From the human T2T-CHM13v2.0 reference genome, Homo sapiens, in NCBI RefSeq assembly GCF_009914755.1, contig NC_060926.1: DNA of 64,000 nucleotides, one strand, 5' to 3'. Position numbers and translations under genes: made by a program. This document shows, one piece after another, positions 41,046-55,872 of the stretch (positions within the stretch are counted from its first letter, which is position 1; each line of letters opens with the position of its first letter). The notes under the pieces were generated by a model. It was not told the origin of the DNA. It saw only the letters and a program-made list of their open reading frames with translations, and did not search any database.

Positions 41046-43194
41046 GAATTAAAGCAGAACCAAGCAGATCTGGGTCCATATTTCAGCTTCCCACTTGTGC
41101 TCTGGGCAAGTTTGCTAACCTCTCTTGAGTGCCAGACTCCTCACAAAATTGTCTTAAGTACAGTACATGGACAAAAGTGTCAAACTCAGTAAATGGCAGT
41201 TGTTGTTATTTTTTTCCAGGTTTTATCATGGTGATGCCTAGATTTAAATGGTTGCACTGTGCAAATAACTGATGCTGAACATCAAAGAACAGGAGCAAGG
41301 GTACAGCAGGAATTAAGCACAAGCAAATTTAGGCAAGGGGAGGGCATTTTTGTAAAAAACTGTTAAATGGCTGAATGAATATTCTTTCTAAGGTTGTGTA
41401 TACTGCAGATTTAACTTTAAAAGGAAAACGAAAGTCTAAAAAAAGGTCTGTTTCAAGAGCCTAGGTGCACTGAAGTTTTTCTTCATCTGTTTTTGTCCAG
41501 TTTCCTTTAAAGAAGTTAGGTGTTGGAGAAGAGCCATTTTTGAATGAATTGGAAGACTGTGAGCAGTATCAGAGATCACTCTCATAAGCCAGGAGGTGTA
41601 TACCAACTAGAATAATAAGGATGCAGCCACCAGTACATGCAGAAGCCTGCAATCTAAAATAGGAGATGACACACATAGGTAATAATGCCTTCTGCCACTT
41701 AAAAGAGCTCATATACCTGAAATTAGAGAATTGAATTTGAAAGACATTTGTCCCAAAGCAACAATTTTAAAATGAAAGTTTCATTTTTAAACCTTTCACG
41801 TCTCATTTAACTTTCACAACAACCTTTGAGGTTGGAAGGGTTATAAGCCTCAATGTACAGATGAAAGAAAAAAAGTTAAGGCTGGGTGACCTATCCACAA
41901 AGCTAGTAAGCAAGTAGCAAACTAGGATTAAAATCTAGACCTGGCTAGGGTTAAAAGATTTACTAAGTCTTATGCTCTCTAAAACTCTGTAACGCCGCAT
42001 CTCAAAAAAAGCCTTATAGATGATGATGCTTCAATTCCTAGGTGAGTACTTGTAAACCATAGAGCGCCCAAATTGCTTGCTGTACACTAATAATGCAAGA
42101 CATTAAGTGATAAGTGCCAGGCAAGTGTTCTAGACAATCGTGTGCTATGGGAGTCCACAGCAGGGAGAGATCAATATTGGATATAACATGGGCGTGGGAA
42201 GCTCAACTGTATAAATGTTTTGTTAGAAGGATACTCAGAAAGAAGCATTGTGCAGATGATCAGAAAAACAGAACTACAGATAGAAGGCTAGCATGAGGGA
42301 CAATGCAGACTTGGGGTAATCACTGCTGAAATCATTGCTAATTGATGAACTTCCTAAAAGGGGAAGGTGAGGCGTCCTAGAGGACCCAACACCCTAATAC
42401 ACATATTACCGAGCCCCACATAAAAGAGTAAGCTTTGAATGAAATTACTACAAAGAAAGTATGGTGGCGAAGCTAAGCTTTGAAAGAAGGAAAAAAAATG
42501 GGGGCAGAGAAGATGTCCAAGAGATAAGAATAGAACACCTCTATCAAGAAAAGAACTGACCTACAGCAGGTTCTATCCCTCTATTGCTGTTGAACCATTT
42601 CAGGCACCCATTTTTATTTGGGTGAAATTGAAAGGTGAAAGGAATTAAGAGGAAAAATTCATTCAACACTATATCAGACTGCAACCTTTAATGCATAAAA
42701 TATAGCCACACTGTATAGGTTAGTATATGCAGTTCACACCAAAAAAAACCTATTTACTTTTGAGAGTCTATGTATAAGAGCTCACAAAGCCTCTGGCTCC
42801 CAGCAAAACAGGAGAAAAAAAAAAGAAGAAAAAATAGGGGGTCAGCAGATTCTTTCTGTTCTTTCCTCGTACAAAATAGAGTTGATAAAGTACCCTATTT
42901 CTAAAGTAGCAGCAACATTTTCTATTATTTACTATTTTGCTTTTTAAAAAATCTGCAATTCTTATTCCAAACGTAAAGGCTCCCTAGACATGTATAAAAG
43001 TACATGCGTATAAAACTGAAACCACTGTAATAAAATAAAACTATAGCTATAATCCTAGAAGGTATAGAGAACAATACAAACACAGCCATATTCTGATGAG
43101 TCCTACCAGAAGCCATAGTCTGATTATTCTGTCCTGGTTAACAAAACAGAATAAATGAGTTTTGTCCCACTGCTGCTTCTCTGCATGTAGTATT

Positions 43195-43395
43195 AAATAA
43201 TAATAGCTGTCATTTATTGAGTAACTAACTATATTCCAGGCACTTTCTAAGCACATTACACACACATACCCCAGGACAGAAGAATGACTATCCCATTTTA
43301 CCAAAGAGAAAACTGAGTAACTTGCCCAAGGTCACAAATCCAATACATAGTAGAGTTGGGGTTTGATCTTGGGTCTCTTTGACTCCAAAGTCCCC
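43195..43395. mobile_element. MIR
   Basis: catttattgagtaactaactatattccaggcact...cccattttaccaaagagaaaactgagtaacttgcccaaggtcaca. Confidence 0.8.
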
Positions 43396-44239
43396 TGTCT
43401 CCAATAATATTAATAATGGTTATTACTACTATTAGCTATGGATCAAGTCCAAGCCCCATAGAGAAAAACTTACATGGTATTAAGAGCCAAAGCTTGGGCA
43501 TCAGAACACCTGACCCTGAATCCTGGCTTCACCATTTACCATCTGTGTCACATTGGGCAAGGCACTTATCCCTTCTAGAAGCCCCCATTTGCTCAGTTGT
43601 AAAAGCATGTGGATTTACATTGAATTTCCATTCCACTGAATATAAATGCAAACTTTCCAATATTCGAATATATCGTGAATAGTACAGGTATATATATTCA
43701 GCCCCAACCTAGCATCTAAATCTCACTTCACTGATGGTTGCTAAGGTATAACTTCTCTCTTTAAACCAGTTTTTTTGTTTTTTTGTTTTTTTTTCTGGAA
43801 TCATTGGTGGGACAGAGTTAGGAGAGAAGCAGAAAAATTTATCTTCTGGGATATTGTAGGATGGCTGAGATGGTGGTTAGGTGAAAGTTATTTCCAGAAT
43901 CCTGAACTGGAACCAAGTTTTATTTTCCCTCAAAAAAGGGTGAGAGACCATATTAGATATTAGCTAAGTTATGAGATTCATAGATGCTTATTTTAGGTCA
44001 ACTAAAATCCTAATCACCATTTACAACATCTCTCTATGAAGAAACATCCTCCAAATTTGAAACAAATAACTTATAAACATTTTGTGATCTAATCTGTTCA
44101 TAAATTAGTTATTGCTCTGCTCTGGCATAATAGTTAATAAAAATTCAAAGCTGACAGCAATTTTTGGCATAAGGGTTATCTATAAGTTTCTGTCCCTAAG
44201 TTTTTCTATTAAAAAAATCGTTGAGTTAGCTAGCCCAAC

Positions 44240-44336
44240 TAACCTGGGAGGCTGAGGCTGCAGTGAGCCGAGATTGCACCACTGCACTCCAGCCTGGGCA
44301 ACAGAGCAAGACCCTGTCTCAAAAAAAAAAAAAAAT
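44240..44336 (+). mobile_element. Alu 3' fragment (end of right arm plus A-tail)
   Basis: aacctgggaggctgaggctgcagtgagccgagattgcaccactgcactccagcctgggcaacagagcaagaccctgtctcaaaa. Confidence 0.9.
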
Positions 44337-47013
44337 CTATAAAAACAGGTACATGGAGTCATATCCTTTTCAAAAATACAACATCTGAATAAAATGCCAT
44401 TTAAATTAAAATTCAAGATTTTGCTTTGGCTTAAACAACAGTGAATTTGTAGCTATAGATCAAATTCCACAGCAAAATAAGTAAACTATTTGGGATACCA
44501 AGACAAAGAGAAGGTCCATTTTTCATATATTGTGAATTGCTGTTTTCCTAAATTGACTGGACGATGTCTCAATCTTCTATACTCTGATTGTGAAAATCTA
44601 GTATGGAGCTGTTATTCTCCATGCCTATTGTAAGCCTATAAAAATGTAAGTGCTTATTTTCAGAATATTTCAAGTTAATTCAATGAATTTTCCATGAATT
44701 ATAGTAAAACTCATAAATTGTGATGGAAAGATATTACTAGGTAATCTCTGAAATTACAGTAGTAGAGCTGGAGTTTGATCTTGGGTCTCTCTGACTCCAA
44801 AGAGATGGAAGTAACATAATTACCTATGTATGTGAGCAAACTGTGGGTAAAAGACAAGAGCTGAGGTGAGGAAGGAAGGAATGGGTGTGCTGGGAAAATT
44901 TCTGATCACATCCACTCTTGCTACTAGGACCTGGGAAGAGACAGAAAGTACTTAGGAAATTTAAAAAAAAAATTGTGGAAAACTGGAGCCAAAAATCTTT
45001 ATATCGTGGGAAACAAAATTAATTCAAACCTGGAATGACCATGTCCTTTACATGAGTAAAAAGCTAACTTTAACAGCAAACTGTACCCGGGAAAAACAAA
45101 ACCCTCATGTAAGCTAACAATTGCAAAAGGTTATTTAATAAGAATTTCCTAATTATCTGTAGGGAGAGGGTGCATAACCAATGTCTATCCAAAACCTAAG
45201 ATGGATAGCACAAGTAAGGTTTTAAAGCATTCAATACACAGAAGGAAAGAAACAGTAAGTTTCCTTTCTCTTCAGTTGCTAAAATTACCATTAAATTAGG
45301 TCTATTTCATTTAAAGAGGAGGATGCTAGAAAAATTAATGATGTCCTTTATGTAAATGAGAATACTGAAAAGCCTTTCATTCTCCCCTGAATTATAAAGG
45401 TTCAAATAAGAAGATATGGAATTACAAATGAATTTCTATTCAGTTGAATATGTATGAAGGTAAAGTTTCCAACATCAGGATACATAGTTAAGAGTACTGA
45501 AATAGGATATTTAAGGAGTTTATAAAAATTCCCCACCCTGAGTATCTTTAAGAATGACTAGTTCTGGGTTATCTAGTATGTTTAACACATGGGGTGAACT
45601 GATGACAGACCTGTGGCAAATTGATACTCCCCAAGTGAAGAGAAGGCAAATGAGGAAATTCCGATGTTGCCATGACAATGTGACTGATCATGACATCAGT
45701 GATTCCTAATTCCAAACTGTAAAAAACACTCCCAGAACGCTGACAACATATTAGATACTCCCAGAACCACCCTTCCTTCACCTCCCAATCTAATGTTTGA
45801 TCTAGTGGCAAATACAATGTTTCAAACAAGTCATTATTATTAAGTGTTAAAATTCAGTTAGACTCTTTTAAACTGGAGAAAGTGCCAGAAGGAAGAAGTA
45901 GATAACTTCTGAAGACATTTACATTTTTGGGGGCTATTTACATTTTTCACATGTAAGACATAATGAATTTATAAAAATGTTACAATTTATAAAATGCTTT
46001 ATTATGCATTATCTCATTAAAGTCTAGGGGAAGGAGGCAGGACAGGTATTCTTACCACCTGCCCCTGCCCCGCCACCAGTGCCGACCTTTTTTTGAACAG
46101 GTAGATACCCTCAGGTCGATCAGGCAACTTGCCCTCTGACATGAAGCCCTAGAAATATAGAATTTCAGAGGTGGAAAGAATTATTAAGGGCCGGTCCTTG
46201 TAATTGCTATACAATAATCATTATCAATAAATCTTTCAGTAATTGAATGAATGCTACTGTCTCTCCTTGGACACCTAGACCAATAATAAATTCATTCCAT
46301 CTATTCATATTTAGCCATATCTACTAGAAAACTTTGTTAAACAGCCTTGAAATCTGAAACCATCCATCATAGTTCTACCGCAGGACTAGAATCGGTGGCT
46401 TCTATAGATTGTATAGTGCTTTTTCTCTGTATTCTGTACTGGTCAACTTATAAAAGTGAGAGCTAAGTCATCTTTTCTTGCGCTTTAAGAATCTTATAAG
46501 ATTGCTTAAGCAGTCTGTAAATCTCTAACAATTTAACTTAACCTAATGTCCTGCACATAGTTATGTTTTGTTGCAGGCATGAATGGATGAGGTAAAAGTT
46601 TTCTTGCGCGTGCACACACACACACGCATGCACACACACACAGAAAGGACAGAAATAATTTTCACCTTCTTTTCAAAACCATGAATATCTGGGTTAAAAA
46701 GAGTTATATATATGTAAAAAATGTAGTGATGCAGTAATCAAATAAGAAAGAACATGCTTTATAAACTACATAGTGAATTTGCATCCTAATCTTTAGATTA
46801 CTTAAGATCATAAAGAGAGACTGTAAATAAGTGTTGCATTTTGCAACTGTATGTGACTTACTTATTCAGTAAATGAGATTCTATGACCAAATAGTTTCTC
46901 TTGACTTCAACCATTAATTGTCAGAATAAATCTTCTCACTTTATTTTTTGGGTAAAAGAGAAGTATCACACTCATCTCTCTGTATCAGTGTCCTATAAAT
47001 ATTCAGACATAAA

Positions 47014-47196
47014 CTGTATGTCATGCAATCTAAGATACCACTGATTGTGAGCTGCCTGAAAATTACAGAGATGTTAATTGACATTTGAAAAAAGTGGACT
47101 ACAGTAATTAAAAGACACCATAACTTACAACCTGCATTTCAACTGCAGAGATGTTGAAATGTAAAAAAGGTGAGTCTTAGAATCTATAAAGCATGG
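47014..47196. mobile_element. MER104-like Tc2 MITE
   Basis: Degenerate TIRs ctgtatgtcatgcaatctaaga ... tcttagaatctataaagcatgg. Confidence 0.55.
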
Positions 47197-50100
47197 CATA
47201 CAAGTACATGAATACACAGCATGCAAATGCATATCCATGTCCTTTCTATTCATAACCTTGGCTTTAGAAAAATATTTGTCAAACACTCATTTTTAATCTT
47301 CCTAAGAACACAGAGCTACTAAGTTTTTACAAGTAAATGACTCATATGCTCAGTTTTTCCAAGGATATCTGACAGTGTGTCTTACAAGTAGTGGGCACAG
47401 TCTGCACGCATCAGAATGAGAAACTTCACCCTAATCTCACAAAGACATCCATCACAAAGGAACAAGCTGAGCTGTCTGCTTCCCTCCTCAGCTCTCTCTC
47501 CACAATCACGTCATTCTACTTCAAGTGTTTTTCAGTGCATTTATATAATAAGAAAGATGAAAGGGAGATGAACCTAAATCTATAGATATTTATCAGACTT
47601 TGCCACTGTACACTTCTTGCTGTTACTGCTTTAAACTGTCAGTTGCAAACATACCTTGAGAACATGAATACTGGACTGTTACTTCTTTGGCAAGTTTTAG
47701 TCAAATGCATGCATATACACAGACACGCATACACTCCAAAGATCAGTCATCAGTACTGTTCCGGCACACGGCATCAATTCCAACTGATGAGCCTCACAAA
47801 TTTCCACCCTTTTACGGTACCTGGAGTGCCAGTTCTTAGTCTTTCTGGGTCTTCAGATTGGAAAAGTAATTTTTACATAGATCAGGTAAATCAGATAAAA
47901 AGACATATATCTGAAATGATTATCACAGTCCTTAAAATTTATATGAAATTACAAAGTGAATCAAAAGCAATAACAACAGTTAAGATGACCCAGTTACAGG
48001 AAAAGATGTAAATGATTCACATTTGGAACAACAACTATTAGTATCTGATACTTCATATTTGTTCAGGAACTGACTAGTTCCTTGCATTTCCTCTTCTTCC
48101 ATATGCAGCATTCCTTTTAGTCATTTAACTGCTGGTGTGATGATAAAACCAACATGAAAAACTGAAACAAACCAGCCAATTTATTTATTGACTGCAGGTT
48201 GATTAACCTGAGGCTTGGGGATTATCCATTAATTTCATTTATCTGTAATGTTCCCCTTGTTATAAAAGAAAATTATAATTGATCTCACCTTGAAAGTCAT
48301 CTAATAAGAATTATTAACATACCAAACTACTGATATAGCCAAGCCTCTAACACAGGGCTTGGCACATATTAAGTGTTTGAATATTGGTTCATGAATGTTG
48401 GAATGAATGAATAAGCAATATATTAAAAATGTATGCAAGTCCTATTCAAACAGATGTTATTATTCTATAAAGTTAAAACAAGCTTATGACTTTCAAATAC
48501 TTAAGAAATACTTAAGAAGGTTTGTAAATGAGTCACTGTTATCTTGGGTGAGATAATTAATCACGGTTAATTCAGTGATAAATTTTACATTCTAATTTAC
48601 CAGCCAAACTTCCTCAATATTAAAGAATATCATGCTAAATTCTGTAATTTGTAATTTCTTGATTGATTTAAAATATATTCTATTTTAGGGGGACTCTTTT
48701 AAGAAGTCTTAGAATTCACTTAAGCTATTTGCTATGAACATTATTAAATATATCAGGCTAAAAAATATTGCAAATCACTATAGGAACTGTTTTCCTCCCT
48801 TTCTATGCCTGTCTGGCCCTTTATTTTAAAAATGAATCATAATTTAAGCTTTTAGTGACTGACAGATTTTTTAAAGTAGGTGTATAAACTCTTTAAAAAA
48901 ATTTTGTTTTAGTCCCATGTCTACTCCTAGGTGTATAAACTCTTGTAGTTCAAAATCATATCATTCGTTTCATTCTATCATTTAACATTTAAAAGGTTAT
49001 ATCAGTAAATAAGAATGGACAAAGTGCTGATAATTGCTGAAGTTTTTCTTTCCACCTTATTGTATGTTTGAAAATGTCCGCAATTCAAGTATTTTTAGTG
49101 GATGTCAGTGTATTAAAAGACTTGTGAGGTTGATTCAGAGGATCCCAGACAACAAAAGTAAACTGATTCTTGGTGCTACAGCACCTAGGAAGTGACTACA
49201 TAGCCGGTTATAAGTTTTCTTTTAAATAACTACTTTATCTGCCCATTTACCTTTTCCTCATGAATCTCTCCTAAAAAAGAAAATGGGAAAAAAACCAAAC
49301 ATTTAAAAAGTTATGAGACTACAGTCTGGATAGTACAAAAGTTACAGTAAACCCATTGAGAAATGCTGCAAATCTGAGTGATGAAACAAATAGGAGGCTG
49401 CTAATTTCTACATTTGACAGTGAAAATACACGATTTTTAAATTAGCAGCTTATCTGTGATTCATACTGACTCTCTTCTCTTTCTCCATATCTTTTATGGA
49501 GTTTTCTCGAGCTTGAACTGCTGGAACTCTTCTGTTTTTCCCTCTGACTGGTCCTTATTTACTCCAAATTGTTGTATACCCTGCTTCCAAAATAATTTTT
49601 TTCTGGCCTCTTTGGCTGTATCACTCTACTTCCTAAAACTCCCACATCAAATGCAAATTTCTGAACAGCACTTGTAAAGCTCTCCACTTTCTAACTCCCT
49701 TGTCCCTTTACCTCTATTTCCAGCTACTATTTGTGTCTTGGCTGCCCATGAACTCACTCTTCTCTAGCTCTGAGCTTTGCCAGGAAACAGCCTCTGTTTT
49801 TCCATCAGCCAAACCACACTCATCCCTCCGTTTACTCTGTTGAAATCATGCCTCATGGTCTACCCACTCTGAGTTTTTCCTACTCTCATCTATTTTCCAA
49901 GACCTCTTGCTACATTTTCTAAGGATGGTATTAATGCCTAAATTAGGCCAACTCAGTGTCTTTACATTATAAACTCCTCTATTGAAGATACAATGATGGC
50001 CAAGATTTAGCACATACTCCCCATACGTACTCTATTGAAATGCAGCCTGCGACAGTCAGCAAGTACCCATTGACCTGGCTTCACTGTCAGTCAGTAGTTC

Positions 50101-50611
50101 TCGGCCTCCTTTCCAGTCCAGCTCACCTGAGGATTATGATATATTCCCCTCAGTCACTGTGGCTCACTTCTACATGATCCTGAGCCAGAAATTATGAGGA
50201 CACATGCTCCCAACTTTACTGAAAATTTTTGTTACAAAGAATGAACCAGAACATGGTTACAGGAACCCAGAAAAGATAAGCATTAACCTCAGTACCCCCT
50301 ACAACTTTCTCTGCTATAAAACAAGTTTTGCTGTCAGATACATAAAAATTATAGCCTCTTGAGGTAAGAAGGTTTGGAAATGATTCACTGTTATCTTGGG
50401 TGAGCATTTATTTATTAAAACCCAAGATGGTACCACGATGTATTTTAGAATGACTAAAGCAACCAAGAATTACTTTCCCCGGATGGCACAACTTCTGTTG
50501 AAACTCCAATGGTTGACCGTTCTGTCTTCCCCACACCAAGAGGCACCGTCTCTTCCTTTTCCTCTTCAAGGTACAGCAGGACAGCTCTTGAGATCCACTC
50601 TAACTTATTCT

Positions 50612-51418
50612 TTTTTCTTTTTTTTTTTATTATTATACTTTAAGTTCTAGGGTACATGTGTACAACGTGCAGGTTTGTTACATATATATACCTGTGCCCT
50701 GCTAGTGTGCGGCACCCATTAACTCCTCATTTAACATTAGGTAGATCTCCTAATGCTATTCCCTCCCCCCTTCCCCCACCCCACGACAGGCCCCGGTGTG
50801 TGATGTTCCCCTTCCTGTGTCCAAGTGTTCTCATTGTTCAATTCCCACCTATGAGTGAGAACATGCGGTGTTTGGTTTTTTGTCCTTGAGATAGTTTGTT
50901 GAGAATGATGGTTTCCAGCTTCATCCAAGTCCCTACAAAGGACATGAACTCATCCTTTTTTATGGCTGCATAGTATTCCATGGTATATATGTGCCACATT
51001 TTCTCAATCCAGTCTATCATTGATGGACATTTGGGTTGGTTCCAAGTCTTTGCTATTGTGAATAGTGTCACAATAAACATATGTGTGCATGTGTCTTTAT
51101 AGCAGCATGATTTATAATCCTTTGGGTATATACCCAGTAATGGGATGGCTGGGTCAAATGGTATTTCTGGTTCTGGATCCTTGAGGAATCGCCACACTGT
51201 CTTCCACAATGGTTGAACTAGTTTACAGTCCCACCAACAGTGTAAAAATGTTTCTATTTCTCCACATCCTCTCCAGCACCTGTGGTTTCCTGACTTTTTA
51301 ATGAGCACCATTCTAACTGGTGTGAGATGGTATCTCATTGTGGTTTTGATTTGCATTTCTCTGATGGCCAGGGATGATGAGCATTTTTTCATGTGTCTGT
51401 TGGCTGCATAAATGTCTT
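50612..51418 (-). mobile_element. 5'-truncated L1PA (primate LINE-1), ORF2 C-terminus plus 3'UTR and poly(A)
   Basis: ORF 50838..51392 is the L1 ORF2p C-terminal Cys-rich domain ([32 protein letters not shown]); 16-bp TSD CACTCTAACTYATTCT at 50596-50611 / 51419-51434. Confidence 0.97.
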
Positions 51419-52859
51419 CACTCTAACTCATTCTATATGCTGCCATTTATAGTAATGAGTAGCGGGCAAGGAATGGGCTTTCAAGAAGAACTACTGTGTC
51501 AAAAAGACAGTTCTACTGGCTGTTAGCTACTTTCACCTAAATCTACTGTTCAGCTGTAAAAAGCAAAAAGACAACAATATCATCCTCACAGAGTTTTTGT
51601 AGGAAACAAAGCAGACATTTCAGTTTGTTAAATGACAAAGATATTTATCATCATTTATTTACCTTCTTCTAATGCCCACCTTTTTCAGATAAATATAGCA
51701 TATAGCTAAGCACTCTTCCTGGGTGATATCATTTCATCTAAACCTAAGCCTTGAGTTTAGGGGGTCGTGAGTAAGCCTGACAGTTCCACTTCAAGAAAAC
51801 CTACACATCCACTTTCTTTCATTGACTGACATCATTGTGTATCATCAAGTTCTGTAATTCCAATTCTTCCATCTATTCTGTACTCTTGTTCACAAAAATT
51901 ATAGCATTAGACATTTTAATTGTGCCAGACATTGTTTTAAGTATTTTACAGGCATTATTTCATCAATCCCCACACCACACTATTATTCTCATTTTCAGAC
52001 CTGGAAATGTAAGTTTCTCCCTCATTCTCTTTATTCTCCCATCCTCTAGTCTATGAGGTCACCATCACCACCACTAGCACCACCAGCACCCACCCCTCAC
52101 AGCTCCCCCTGCCCCACCACATTTAATTTACTTAACAAACCTAAATTCCCCAGTCAGCTAATTCAAGTTTGTTATTTCTAGTGCCTGGTATTCATAGCCC
52201 TTTCATCCTATCTTTAAAATAAGCATTTTTTTCACCAGATTTTTCTATTCCTCTCCTGAGTTACTCACAACCTCCCAGGCAAATCATACTATGCTAAAAA
52301 CTCAATTTTAGTTATACCTTTACTGCTGTATAGCATTCATTTTACTCATTTGCAAGTGGCTCCCTATCCCATCCCAAGGAGAATTAATTCCAAACCTTTT
52401 AGTTTTTTTCTCAAATTCCTAATCCTACCCCTACAATGATAAGGTAGAGATCATTCATTATTTACATGAAATTCTCTCAGTTATCTCTCAAATACATATC
52501 TATACTTTTGCATCTCTTCTTGGCACTCTTCTCTATCCTAGCTAGATAGCTTCTCTGTGTTCAAGATTTAGGTTTCCATTTGCATCCTTGATTTCGAATG
52601 AACTTCTCTATAACATACCCTCACTTGACTTTCCCCAGCCCAACTTCTATACCAGTTTGATTGCTTGCTTTTCTTTTTCTTTTCTTTTCTTTTTTTCTTT
52701 CAATTTTTCTTGGCAACTTAATACATTTTTTACTATAAAAGTAATACATTAATATATTTTCCTTTTAAAAATGTGAACAGCAGATGCAATGGCATTTTTC
52801 CAGTAAACTAACTTGCTCAAGTCTTCTCTATTCTAAAAAAAAGCGGGGTGGGGGGGAGG

Positions 52860-53804
<945 letters not shown>

Positions 53805-55665
53805 TAAAATTAAGAATTTAAGCCAGAGGTGAGAGACTGGGGGGGGGGGGGGAAAGAAAAAGAAAGATGTCTCATACTTATTAGCACTCTTACTGTCTGT
53901 TTTGTCTGGTTTTCACTCAGAAAGCCTTCAGAATCTGAGAAGCACGTTTTCTCTCATGAGTGAAAATACTCTCAAATGCATTTGGGACTGCTGGTCATTT
54001 CCAAAGTGCAGGGGAATGAAGCCCCATTAACTGGCCACTTCTGGATGTTCATGCTATAACCGGGAAGCTGAGCAACTGAATTTTAAACTGCTGTTTGGGT
54101 TCTTCTTCAACCCAACATTCAGTTAAAAACTTTATATGATTAAAAAAATACATATTTGGGTCTTCTTATGACTACTGTCTATTCACTCACAAATGACTAT
54201 ATGAATAGCAGAAATTAAGAAAGATTTTACAGAATGTTTATAACCTTTCATGTTAAAAAAATAAAAGGCAGCAAAGGGATGAAGAATTGAGAACTCTTTC
54301 TTGGTATTTATTTTTGTCCCCTGGGCAACTAAAAAGGGGGAAAAAATGAGCAGCAATAGGAAGGTGGGGGATTTAAAAATCCTTAAAAAAAGACTGCCTT
54401 AAAAATAATCAGGAATTGATCATCTATTCACAGATAAATTATTAAGATGAAGATCTGAAGGATTAAAAAAAAAAAGTCTTCAGATCCTTATTAGACCTTA
54501 ATTTTGGCTCCTAAATGGAATATGGTCAATAAAAAATGACTGCTTCCCTTCTTGGAGTCTGAAGTTAAATTATCATCTCCATTCCTGCCAGTGTGGCTGC
54601 TTAAATGGGGCAGTGTGAAGTGAGAGCATTTAAAAGCACTACTATTTTTTATAAGGTAGTCCAGAATCTCAAGTTTAACGGTATACACTTGTTCAGTGCC
54701 TCTGTAAATAAATAATTTCTTACTACTATTACAGTGAATCCTTTTTAACCTAAAGGGAGATGATTAGGTCTCTTAAATTTTTCAAAATAACATTTGTCTT
54801 CCAGCTGGCTTTTAATTAATTTATATTTTCTTAGCTCCCTTAAAGGCTAACTAAAAGAAAACACAAAATGCTTACATTTTATAATTCCCTAACAATGTTC
54901 CTCATCTATTCATTCAGTCAGTGTTTACAGGGAGTCTAAAACCACCGGGTACTGTGCATGGAGAAGGAGGCCTTATATAAGGTAGCTGAGGGGCCATGAG
55001 CAAGCAATGCTGGAAGGAAGGAGAAGCAATGAGGTAGAGGAATCATCACTTGGAAAGTGAATCACAGGACAGTGAGACTCAGAGAGTAGAAGAATGGCAG
55101 TAGACAGTAAGAAGCAAAGCAGCCGGACTCTAACCCAGCTAAACAAAGAGCAACTACAGCAGAAATGGCAGAAGTTCAAGGGGAAAAATTCAAAACTCCT
55201 GCTCTTGATTTTGTGCCTTGAATGGAAAACTGTCATCCAACTGGTCTCCATAGACCCACCTAGGAGGCTGCTTTCTCAGGTTCTGTTGAGATCGGGTTTC
55301 ATAACTAAGATTCTTATTCCCTTATATATTCTTAGAACAATTCCACCTCATTACTTAACACAAACAGTAGTGGGTCTCTATTACTGTGCTTGCAATCAGA
55401 AGTATCCTGCTAAACAAGCACTAATAAAATTGTGCAAGAAACTGCTTCTTGTAAGTTAGTACTTAGCAACAGCAAGTCCACTTAAGAAGGAAATAATTTA
55501 ATGTCAGGCAGCACCACCTGCTCATTTAAGGCAAGTTATTAAATTATTTCCATGTCTTTCAAAACACTTATATTAAGAAAAATCTGCAGTCCTTGCACTT
55601 CCACGATTGGCAGGCACCATGTTCATTTTATCATCCCAATTAAAGTGTTGCCTGGTGTCCAAACG

Positions 55666-55692
55666 AAAGAAAGGAAGAAAGAGAGAGAGACA

Positions 55693-55777
<85 letters not shown>

Positions 55778-55872
55778 GAAAGAAGGAAGGAAGGAAGGAA
55801 GGAAGGAAGGAAGGAAGGAAGGAAAGGAAGGAAGGAAGGAAAGAGGGAAGGAGAGAGGGAAAAAAAGAAAAG
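55666..55872. repeat. Compound (GAAA)n(GAAG)n polypurine microsatellite
   Basis: ~20 GAAA units followed by ~14 GAAG units; source of the low-complexity ORFs at 55552-55905. Confidence 0.97.

Noticed and set aside
50838-51392. 184-aa ORF as a host gene
   Set aside because: It is the LINE-1 ORF2p C-terminus in a 5'-truncated copy lacking the promoter, endonuclease and RT.
54452-54486. Hairpin GATCTGAAG...CTTCAGATC around an A-run
   Set aside because: Only a 9-bp stem, within chance expectation for 64 kb.
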